DNA of 34,098 nt from a virus. Position numbers and translations under genes: made by a program. The notes under the pieces were generated by a model, which did not search any database, was not told the DNA's origin, and saw only the letters and a list, made by a program, of their open reading frames with translations. The stretch lies in the UHGV virus genome UHGV-0207783. One strand, 5' to 3'. Below, in pieces: positions 27,241 through 34,098 of this stretch. Within the stretch, counting starts at the first letter, position 1. Each line of letters starts with the position of its first letter.

Positions 27241-27662
27241 GCTACAACCTTTTCATACCCCAATTCATCATTTGTTTTAAACACCGTATCAACGAATCCT
27301 AAACTTGTCGAATCGTAAATATCATGCCAAAATCCAAATCCATATTCACTATCATACTGGCAGAACATCGGCAAATCCTCTTCGTGATTTTCGACAATAC
27401 ACATATAGAATCTCATATCATCATCTTCCGGCAATTTCTCGCTTACCGGAATCCAACCGTCATTTTTCTTCCCATCTTCATATCCTTGCATATAAAATTT
27501 TCTTCGGCTGCATTCTCTGCACTTCGGAACATCGCCCATATGAGAACGGATAATGTCTTTTGCCCAACCAACACTTACATAATCATCACACATTCCGAAT
27601 GATTTAAACTCTATCGCATGATCTTCAATCTCTTCCAAGATCTTCTCTAGTACGTTCTCCAT
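27204..27662 (-). CDS. DUF551-like phage protein (152 aa)
   Basis: C-terminal signature W-IPVSEKLPE ... VVAWQPLPEP is typical of DUF551. Confidence 0.45.
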   Translation of the reverse strand: MENVLEKILEEIEDHAIEFKSFGMCDDYVSVGWAKDIIRSHMGDVPKCRECSRRKFYMQGYEDGKKNDGWIPVSEKLPEDDDMRFYMCIVENHEEDLPMFCQYDSEYGFGFWHDIYDSTSLGFVDTVFKTNDELGYEKVVAWQPLPEPMRKE

Positions 27663-27674
27663 TATTCCACTCTC

Positions 27675-27998
27675 CTAAAATCCTATATCATCTAAGAAAA
27701 AACCAATTTCTTCTTCAAATTCTTCTTTTTCAATACCATAATCTTCAAGCATTTCTTCTAATGGAAATACTTCAGACAGTTTTTTCATTAAGTATTCTGC
27801 TATTCCCTCTGTATCATATTCTTCGACAATAGTATCTTTCTGTAAAGGTTGAATCATTCCATCTTTTAAATGATGTGCAAATTCGTCAGCTCCAATAATT
27901 ATTTTATTCCCTTTTGGAATAATTACTTTTTCTCCAAACATCTTCTCTACTTCTATATCACAATTTGATGTTATGATTTGACCTATTTTGTATTTCAT
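27675..27998 (-). CDS. hypothetical acidic protein (107 aa)
   Basis: ORF overlaps the Lar-like gene end by 4 nt. No domain recognised. Confidence 0.4.
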   Translation of the reverse strand: MKYKIGQIITSNCDIEVEKMFGEKVIIPKGNKIIIGADEFAHHLKDGMIQPLQKDTIVEEYDTEGIAEYLMKKLSEVFPLEEMLEDYGIEKEEFEEEIGFFLDDIGF

Positions 27999-28225
27999 TT
28001 ATTCCATCTCCTATTCCATGCTTCGATTGCATTTATTTTGCAAGTATTAATACTATTTAGTGCGTTGTCTGCATTTTGCATACTAGGACAATATCCTTCT
28101 GCTTTTGCATAACATTTTTTGCATTCACACCAAATAGTCCAACCAACATTATTTTTTCTTTCCATTTTTATTCTTGCTTCTCCGCCACAAAACGGACATT
28201 TCTTTAATTCTTCCATGCTATTCAC
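27995..28225 (-). CDS. Lar-family restriction alleviation protein (76 aa)
   Basis: N-terminal KKCPFCGGEA zinc-ribbon and C-terminal AIEAWNRRW motif are characteristic of the Lar family. Confidence 0.6.
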   Translation of the reverse strand: MNSMEELKKCPFCGGEARIKMERKNNVGWTIWCECKKCYAKAEGYCPSMQNADNALNSINTCKINAIEAWNRRWNK

Positions 28226-28535
28226 TCCAATCCAATCTCTGTCCGCAATCCCAACAATAACTTGTGTTCTGTCTTTCGTTCATCATTTCAGTTAAAAGAC
28301 AATTACCGCAAGTAGGACAAGTGTAATATTTGATTTTCCTAATCAAACCATCCTGCATTCCATTTCCTCTAGTTTTCTTCGGCAACTGCTTTTCTAGTGC
28401 TTCGATTGCTGTTCTTCGTTCTCCTATTTGCTTATCAGTCTTTTCTTTCAATCCTAAATACTCTGGTATTTTCTGTATGATGGTGATTTGAATTTCCATA
28501 AGTTCTATCGCTTCTCTAACTTTCTTCTCATCCAT
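28218..28535 (-). CDS. hypothetical zinc-finger protein (105 aa; CPTCGNC...CWDCGQ)
   Basis: ORF with a 4-Cys motif in its C-terminal half. Confidence 0.4.
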   Translation of the reverse strand: MDEKKVREAIELMEIQITIIQKIPEYLGLKEKTDKQIGERRTAIEALEKQLPKKTRGNGMQDGLIRKIKYYTCPTCGNCLLTEMMNERQNTSYCWDCGQRLDWSE

Positions 28536-28710
28536 CTAATTTTCCTCCCGTTATTTCCAACCATAAACCACTCTCTCCATCTTTTTCGTAGAGAAAATCT
28601 GTCTCTATCCCGCAGACCGCCAATTCGGTCATTGTCCTCACGCAATCCTCTGCATCAGCGCATTTGATCGTGTCGCCTTTTCGCAAGCGCGTTTCTTCTG
28701 TTTTCGTCAT
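28528..28710 (-). CDS. hypothetical small protein (60 aa)
   Basis: ORF with upstream GGAGGAATGA RBS-like sequence. Confidence 0.3.
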   Translation of the reverse strand: MTKTEETRLRKGDTIKCADAEDCVRTMTELAVCGIETDFLYEKDGESGLWLEITGGKLDG

Positions 28711-28728
28711 TAGTCATTCCTCCTACAC

Positions 28729-28857
28729 CTCATATCTTTACAAAATACAATTCCGTCCCTCTCTTTGTCTTTACATACTCAAAATCTCCGATAATTTCCC
28801 GTCCGCAGGAAGAACAGATATGTACTTCATTTTTCTTCGGATTCTCTTTTTTTTTCA
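28729..28857 (-). CDS. possible 42-aa peptide (MKKKENPKKNEVHICSSCGREIIGDFEYVKTKRGTELYFVKI)
   Basis: My own translation. Below the ORF-track cutoff. Fills the 28711-28861 gap. Confidence 0.2.
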
Positions 28858-28861
28858 TAGC

Positions 28862-29197
28862 TTACTGTAAATACCTCCGCATTAATATCCGGTTTGGATT
28901 CTGGATTGTGCGGTTTAGGCTGCAACTCTGCTTGACCCAGCGCTCATAAAAATCCATGTATTCACCGATTCCCTTAAACTTATCCTTTATCAATTTATTG
29001 ATTTCGGTCTTTTCGCATTCAGACTCCTGGATTAAGCCTTTTTCTCTCATAAAACGCTTCATCGTCTTAACATTTGCGTCAATTCCGCTCTTTTTCGCAA
29101 TTTCTTTGTGTATATGAGTGATTGTGCACCCATCTTCAAGCATTTGCCTTATTTCGTCCAAATACGGCTCGTATAAGTCCCTTTTTCTTTCTTGCAT
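28862..29197 (-). CDS. hypothetical HTH-containing protein (111 aa)
   Basis: The N-terminal LEDGCTITHIHKEIAKKSGIDANVKTMKRF segment resembles a resolvase/transposase-type HTH. Confidence 0.35.
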   Translation of the reverse strand: MQERKRDLYEPYLDEIRQMLEDGCTITHIHKEIAKKSGIDANVKTMKRFMREKGLIQESECEKTEINKLIKDKFKGIGEYMDFYERWVKQSCSLNRTIQNPNRILMRRYLQ

Positions 29198-29401
29198 TTA
29201 ATCATCTTCTTTCATTTTGTTAATAACCGGCGCCCATGATATTGCCAAGTTTTTGCAGAAATTCAACATAGCATGATCATCCCTGTACTTCTCAATAATC
29301 CCATCGACATCTGCATTGTATTGACTCATTGAGCCGGTACCTTTATAATTTTTATACGCTTTCCAGAACAAATTCTGGATATCTGTTATTTTTTCGTGCA
29401 T
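29198..29401 (-). CDS. hypothetical small protein (67 aa)
   Basis: ORF immediately downstream of the iteron region. Confidence 0.35.
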   Translation of the reverse strand: MHEKITDIQNLFWKAYKNYKGTGSMSQYNADVDGIIEKYRDDHAMLNFCKNLAISWAPVINKMKEDD

Positions 29402-29435
29402 ACACTACCCTCTTCGTAACAAAGCAACAAAATTT

Positions 29436-29620
29436 TTCTTCCGGTAACAAAAGTCTGTTACCCTATCAAACCAGCATGGTTGACAGGTTTTTGAGGTTGG
29501 TAACAAAAGTAACAATGATTTTTACCCTATATAGGGACTTCATATTTTTGAATTTCTCACATTTTTATTCCGTATATATAGCGCGATTTCCTGTTGTTAC
29601 TTTTGTTACTTGTTACCTTA
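29436..29620. repeat. iteron-like cluster of GGTAACAAAAGT-related repeats in direct and inverted orientation, with AT-rich spacers; candidate replication origin or regulatory array
   Basis: ggtaacaaaagtctgttacc (palindromic) at 29441-29460, ggtaacaaaagtaacaatg at 29497-29515, gttgttacttttgttacttgttacc at 29593-29617, plus the nearby palindrome ccctatatagg. Confidence 0.55.
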
Positions 29621-29789
29621 TCGCAACTTTTCTACCCCGATATTCCACTGAAATCACATCATTCGGCGACGAATTTTTGAATTTTTCCAGCACCTCATTT
29701 AATATTGCATTTATCGGAACTCCATTCCTGAACGCCATGCATTCAATAAAATCATAGTTTTCATTACTAATCCTCACAACTTTTGACAT
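29613..29789 (-). CDS. 58-aa ribbon-helix-helix-like small protein (MSKVVRISNENYDFIECMAFRNGVPINAILNEVLEKFKNS...)
   Basis: Perfect RBS AGAGGAGGAAATACA-ATG. N-terminal beta-strand then helix pattern typical of Arc/CopG-type RHH proteins. Its 3' end abuts the iterons. Below the ORF-track cutoff. Confidence 0.4.
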   Translation of the reverse strand: MSKVVRISNENYDFIECMAFRNGVPINAILNEVLEKFKNSSPNDVISVEYRGRKVAIR

Positions 29790-29803
29790 TGTATTTCCTC
29801 CTC

Positions 29804-31672
29804 TTAACTAAAAGGTAGCTTTTCTTGTGTTTCATCGATGCTTTCAAACCCATCATTATCCGTATTTCCTTTCGATTCAAGTTGCAAAAACACGCATCTC
29901 GCCGCTCTTCCGTCTATCTTTTTCAGCTTTGTTGGGTTTCCCTTACTGTCCTGCTGGATAACGCCTTTCTTTGCAGCCCATGACAAGAAGGACTTTTTTG
30001 AGAATTTCCCAGATTCACAGATTTCCTTAAATGCCTGTCCGTAAATCACTGCGTATCCGTCTTCAATAATTCCCCATTTTTCACAATTTGAAGACACATC
30101 AAATCTCTGGCTGTTCATTGCGATTTTATCAAGGATATATTGGTAGCATCGCTCATTGTCAGACAGCTCATTTCGGTCTATAAGCACCTGTTTCGCTTCA
30201 TCCATAGAAATATACTGTCCATCTTTGAAAATGAGATCTGTGGCTATTTTATCGGCTGTCAGAACGATAGAAAGTGAAATACTCTGCTTCTGCATCTTGT
30301 CCGTGCTAAATAACTCCTTCTGAAACTCTTTCTGGATAGAACGAATTTCATCTTCTCCCATTTCTTTGATGATCTCCACAAATTTCCTACCTGCGTGACC
30401 GTAATTCCGTTTTACCGTTTCCGCTGTCTTCTGCGGATCCTGATAGATTTTCTCGCCACACTCAACCTCCAGAATTCTGTTGATTGCACCGCCCTGACTG
30501 ACATAGCTACTAAGCGGTCTCTCACCATTACAGATCATTACATTCCGCCACCGATTCTCTCGATTGATTCCGAGGTCTTTATTTGACCGGCTCTTTCCTT
30601 TTCCGGAACACAGATCATAAACAATTCCCTCGAAGTTATCCCTGATTCTTGCGGATGTTTTGCTCGTATCGTCCAGAAACATCGGAAGATGATTCAACAT
30701 ATCCGCTTTCGCTTCCAGTGCAACGTCCGTTGTTTTAAAGTCTCCAATATATCTGCTTTCGTCTGGATTTGCCCACACAGATGTGGCTACCATGAGAGAG
30801 ACTGTCTTTCCACCCTCGGTTTCACCCCACAGATCCACGAAGAAAGGGAGTCCGCCCAGAATATGAACCAGCACACTTGCGAATGATGCAGCCAACAGGA
30901 ATTTTACCTCCATTCTTCCAGTTTCCCTCAGTTCTCGAACGTGATTCAACCACACATCGAAACTGCCATGCTCCGACACGCTTTCAAAGGTCTGCTTAAA
31001 CCGATTGTCCCCATCAAAAATAATATCAGTATCATAGGGGATAAACTGATCATTAATCCACCCAAGTTTACTAGTGGAATACTGCACATCTATGTAATCA
31101 TCGTTTCCATTTTCTACGTCAGCCAGATACTTGACTAGCAATTTTGCATTTTCTGACGTAACTGCAATCCCTCTTCCGGATAATGCCACGATCTTATTCG
31201 CTGATGTGATCATCGTTTTTGGAACCACAATATCGTGCCACTGGTTATTTCGCCTGTACGACAGTTTTATTTGCTCTTCCCCGGTCTCTAAGTTTCGCAG
31301 CCGCTCTACTGGCAGGATTGGGTGGTAGCAAGCCACTTCATCAACCCTTCCGGAATTCTGTGCGAACACGCCGCGATCATCCGCAATCCAGGCGCCGCAA
31401 TACATACGATCGTGAGGTCCTGTGAAATTCGTATAGTTATCTACTGTGCAGACAGTTCTGTTTTCCCGTTCCTGTCTCTTCATTTCTCGGTCAGCCTGAT
31501 TGTATCCTTTCAAAATCTCTTCAAAATCCGACTTGACGCCCAGCTGTTTCGCTCTTCTGATGAGCTGCACTTTTGTCTTTGATCGGAGAATCGGATCTTC
31601 CATTTCAAATAATTCGATGAAAACTTCATCATCCAATATGCTGTCTGCATCAAATTCGTTTATTTCTTTCAC
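29804..31672 (-). CDS. DUF927-type P-loop primase/helicase protein (623 aa from GTG 31672)
   Basis: Walker A VDLWGETEGGKTVS. GTG start preceded by GGAGG and overlapping the upstream TGA (GTGA). The track ORF is extended upstream without an RBS. Confidence 0.65.
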   Translation of the reverse strand: MKEINEFDADSILDDEVFIELFEMEDPILRSKTKVQLIRRAKQLGVKSDFEEILKGYNQADREMKRQERENRTVCTVDNYTNFTGPHDRMYCGAWIADDRGVFAQNSGRVDEVACYHPILPVERLRNLETGEEQIKLSYRRNNQWHDIVVPKTMITSANKIVALSGRGIAVTSENAKLLVKYLADVENGNDDYIDVQYSTSKLGWINDQFIPYDTDIIFDGDNRFKQTFESVSEHGSFDVWLNHVRELRETGRMEVKFLLAASFASVLVHILGGLPFFVDLWGETEGGKTVSLMVATSVWANPDESRYIGDFKTTDVALEAKADMLNHLPMFLDDTSKTSARIRDNFEGIVYDLCSGKGKSRSNKDLGINRENRWRNVMICNGERPLSSYVSQGGAINRILEVECGEKIYQDPQKTAETVKRNYGHAGRKFVEIIKEMGEDEIRSIQKEFQKELFSTDKMQKQSISLSIVLTADKIATDLIFKDGQYISMDEAKQVLIDRNELSDNERCYQYILDKIAMNSQRFDVSSNCEKWGIIEDGYAVIYGQAFKEICESGKFSKKSFLSWAAKKGVIQQDSKGNPTKLKKIDGRAARCVFLQLESKGNTDNDGFESIDETQEKLPFS

Positions 31673-32160
31673 TTTCTCGCCTCCTTCTCGTTTAATATTT
31701 CGTATAAGTACAACTGATATTGCAGAGCATTGCAGCAATCGCACCATACCTCGCTGAACGGTTCTGATTTATTCATATAATCGCGGTACACATCAATCAG
31801 AACATTATTCAGCTCTCTTTTTTTCCGAAGCTTTTCCTCTTCTCGCTTTCTCTGCTCTGCCTTCTTCCGGCTCCTGTATATCGCCAATTTCGACTGGAAT
31901 GTCGGCTTTTCATAAGTTCCACCAAGACTCTGGAACGCTTCTTTGAAATCAACGTGGTCAATTAGCTGTACGAATGTAAAGATATCTCCATTTGCTCCGC
32001 ATCCGAAACAATGGAAGCTGTCTGGGTAGATTTTTAATGATGCTCCCTTGTCTCCCTTGTGGAACGGGCAGTGAATAAACCCCGCCCGATTTACATGGAG
32101 CCCATATCTCTCCACAATCTCCCTCATGCTGTATGAATGTTTAATCTCTTCTTTATTCAT
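31669..32160 (-). CDS. CHC2 zinc-finger (DnaG-primase-type zinc-binding) protein, 163 aa
   Basis: HCPFHKGDKGASLKIYPDSFHCFGCGANGDIFTFV matches the zf-CHC2 pattern. Confidence 0.65.
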   Translation of the reverse strand: MNKEEIKHSYSMREIVERYGLHVNRAGFIHCPFHKGDKGASLKIYPDSFHCFGCGANGDIFTFVQLIDHVDFKEAFQSLGGTYEKPTFQSKLAIYRSRKKAEQRKREEEKLRKKRELNNVLIDVYRDYMNKSEPFSEVWCDCCNALQYQLYLYEILNEKEARK

Positions 32161-32671
32161 GTCTTTCGCTCAATAACTCAATAATTTTCTTTCCGGTATC
32201 ATTCTTCTCGCAGAACTCAAACCTTACATTATACCGGTCCCTAATCGTGCGAAGGGACTTGTATAGCTGATTCCCATCGACTGCTTTGGAAGATGCTACA
32301 TACCTCTCCTTCTTTCCATTCACAGTGCGCCATCGTACTTCATGTTTTCTTGGATTTTTCCAAAAATACACATCCTCGATGCTTTTGATATCCTTCCCGT
32401 GCTCAATCAGTATGATCAACTGTATTCCTGCATCCATAGCTTTAAGCAGTTCCCTTTTAAATCTTTCGTGCTGCTGACAGACATTTCCGCATAACTCTTG
32501 GAGATTTTGCTTTCTGTCGATTATGAGCCGGGGATTGTCTAAAGACATGTAATCCCCAACTAATAATTTGCTGGAAAAATGCTTAACTCCATTATCATCA
32601 AAAGTCTTCACGATCTTCCGAATCGCCCTTGCTTTTTCCCTGCTGTCAATCTGTATATCCATCTGTCTCAC
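32153..32671 (-). CDS. putative ERCC4/XPF-like nuclease domain protein (172 aa)
   Basis: Motifs IQIDSREK ... LLVGDYM ... IIDRKQNLQEL resemble the D-x-R-E / GDY / ERKxxxDL signature of ERCC4 nucleases (E->D in the third motif). Confidence 0.4.
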   Translation of the reverse strand: MRQMDIQIDSREKARAIRKIVKTFDDNGVKHFSSKLLVGDYMSLDNPRLIIDRKQNLQELCGNVCQQHERFKRELLKAMDAGIQLIILIEHGKDIKSIEDVYFWKNPRKHEVRWRTVNGKKERYVASSKAVDGNQLYKSLRTIRDRYNVRFEFCEKNDTGKKIIELLSERHE

Positions 32672-32673
32672 CT

Positions 32674-33279
32674 CTAATTAAATGGCAATTCTTCATCGAT
32701 GCCATCCGGAATATTCATAAATCCATCAGATCCGATCGGCGGCGCTGCTGCAGACGCTCCATTATTATCCTTGTATGCCCTTGTTTCGATTTCCGCAGGG
32801 ATATCAGCGTCTTTCACTCCTTCTGCGCTTCTGAACCAGCGGAGCTGATGCTTTGCAATGTTCCTTCCATTGTAATAATCATTTACAACGCCAAATACTG
32901 CTCCAGCCAGCTTGTTTTTAAAACATTCCGCAAATCCATCGCCCCAGTTCACCGTGAACCCCGGATTCGACTTCTCAACGGACGTGATAAATGTCTTGAA
33001 AGATTTACTGCAGTCGCCATTTTGATCCTCGGTTAAAATATATGTAGTTCCATTTGCCGGCCATTTCTTATCCGGTCTGATATCATCGCGAAATGCTTTT
33101 TCGAAATATCCAGGCTGGCTATCGTTTTGTGCGAAGTCGAAAGACACCCTAATCATGTCTTTATTTGTCTTCGATTTCATTTCCAGAACTTCCTTGATGA
33201 TCAAGATATGTCCTCCAAGCTCTACCGGCGTAAATTCTCCCTGTACCTGTGTGTTGTCAAAATTATTTGGTTTCTGCAT
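32674..33279 (-). CDS. DUF669-like single-strand DNA-binding protein with SSB-type acidic C-terminal tail (201 aa)
   Basis: C-terminus ...DGFMNIPDGIDEELPFN mimics the SSB DDDIPF tail. Directly downstream of the Sak4-like gene, as is usual for DUF669. Confidence 0.55.
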   Translation of the reverse strand: MQKPNNFDNTQVQGEFTPVELGGHILIIKEVLEMKSKTNKDMIRVSFDFAQNDSQPGYFEKAFRDDIRPDKKWPANGTTYILTEDQNGDCSKSFKTFITSVEKSNPGFTVNWGDGFAECFKNKLAGAVFGVVNDYYNGRNIAKHQLRWFRSAEGVKDADIPAEIETRAYKDNNGASAAAPPIGSDGFMNIPDGIDEELPFN

Positions 33280-33919
33280 TGTTTTCTTCTCCTTTTCCTA
33301 ATCCGTAGTATTCTCTAATTTTCTTATCGACCAACAGCAGGTCATTATCTATTGTTAAATCCTCAAACATTCCGATCGGAGATTTGCTTACTGCTCCTTG
33401 GCTTGCTTGGGTGACAAACAAATGCTTTCCGCCTTCCTCAATGCATCTAAGTACTATCGTAAACATTCCTTCGATGCAAACTTTTTCATCGAGTAGTTTC
33501 CCGATGGTTTTTGGCTTCACTTCCCCTGCTTCATCTTTTTCTTCGTGCATGATAATATACACGATTTTATTCTCTGGCACTTTTGTTACAATAAACTGGA
33601 TTAAGTTCCAGAAATAGTCTCCAATGTCGTTGTACAGGGAGAATACCCCATTTCCTTTTCCAGCTGAGCTATGTCCCCTCATAAAATGATTTGTTATTAG
33701 ATAGCCGGCATCATCAATCACGATGGAATCTGCTTTTGATGCAATCAATAATTTCATGATCTGCTGGTAATCATCTGAAAACCATCCATTCACTTTCCCT
33801 TTAAATGGTAGCGGCTTATTAAGAACCCTGATAAGATTAAAATCGTTATTCTGACAGTTTCTCATGCTGGTAGATTTTCCACTTCCTGATTTGCCAATAA
33901 TCAATACTGGTGTTGCCAT
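33263..33919 (-). CDS. Sak4-like RecA-fold AAA ATPase (phage recombination/ssDNA annealing protein), 218 aa
   Basis: Walker A LIIGKSGSGKST. Walker B IVIDDAGY. RBS GAAGGAGGAATAAAAA-ATG. Confidence 0.7.
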   Translation of the reverse strand: MATPVLIIGKSGSGKSTSMRNCQNNDFNLIRVLNKPLPFKGKVNGWFSDDYQQIMKLLIASKADSIVIDDAGYLITNHFMRGHSSAGKGNGVFSLYNDIGDYFWNLIQFIVTKVPENKIVYIIMHEEKDEAGEVKPKTIGKLLDEKVCIEGMFTIVLRCIEEGGKHLFVTQASQGAVSKSPIGMFEDLTIDNDLLLVDKKIREYYGLGKGEENNAETK

Positions 33920-33922
33920 TTT

Positions 33923-34084
33923 TTATTCCTCCTTCATAATTCTCACAATATTTAAAAGTGCCTGTGTTAGATTTGCGATATCCCTAGTCTGATAATATGT
34001 ATTCACCTCCCCGCTCTCGATCATTCCGAGACGCTCATCTAGCAGATCTTCAATCCGCTTCTTACGGTCTTGCATTGTAATCAT
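33923..34084 (-). CDS. hypothetical small protein (53 aa)
   Basis: My own translation: MITMQDRKKRIEDLLDERLGMIESGEVNTYYQTRDIANLTQALLNIVRIMKEE. RBS GAGGAGGTGAAGCC-ATG. Its stop lies inside the Sak4 RBS. Confidence 0.4.
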   Translation of the reverse strand: MITMQDRKKRIEDLLDERLGMIESGEVNTYYQTRDIANLTQALLNIVRIMKEE

Positions 34085-34098
34085 GGCTTCACCTCCTC

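Noticed and set aside
1-34098. CRISPR array or toxin-antitoxin pair
   Set aside because: No regularly spaced direct repeats with unique spacers. The only tandem repeat (651-794) is coding with 18-bp periodicity. No small-gene pair resembling known toxin-antitoxin families was recognised.

Overview
The whole window looks like one temperate siphovirus-type phage genome, low-GC and Firmicutes/Clostridia-like in codon and RBS style. I found no recognisable host genes. Most genes lie on the minus strand in a single transcriptional direction. Reading that strand from the right edge down to ~6200, the order is: recombination/replication module (Sak4-like ATPase, DUF669 SSB-like protein, ERCC4-like nuclease, CHC2 zinc-finger protein plus DUF927 P-loop primase/helicase, iteron-like origin region); a block of small accessory genes including a Lar-family restriction-alleviation protein and an ArpU-like late regulator; a tRNA-Lys plus structured non-coding region; terminase small and large subunits; portal; head morphogenesis protein; scaffold; major capsid; four head-tail joining proteins; major tail; Gp15-type tail assembly proteins; tape measure; distal tail protein; a 1295-aa collagen-like receptor-binding tail protein; and a lysis cassette (XhlA-like, phiLC3-type holin, two small proteins, Amidase_3 endolysin). 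On the plus strand at 2847..6051 sits the lysogeny module: ImmR-like XRE repressor, ImmA-like protease, lipoprotein, large serine recombinase. It is divergent from a Cro-like gene and a Bro-N/KilAC antirepressor on the minus strand, with three copies of an operator motif between them. The integrase gene and the end of the lysis cassette are separated by only ~150 bp (candidate attP), and both window edges fall inside the early operon. The sequence therefore looks like a circularly permuted or excised phage genome rather than a prophage with host flanks. No CRISPR array, reverse transcriptase/DGR or canonical toxin-antitoxin was recognised. The most unusual elements are an 18-bp tandem-repeat gene encoding a hexapeptide-repeat protein, a 19-bp palindromic motif that precedes two lysis-cassette genes and sits exactly 300 bp apart, a structured tRNA-containing non-coding region, and an accessory gene block around the Lar-like gene.
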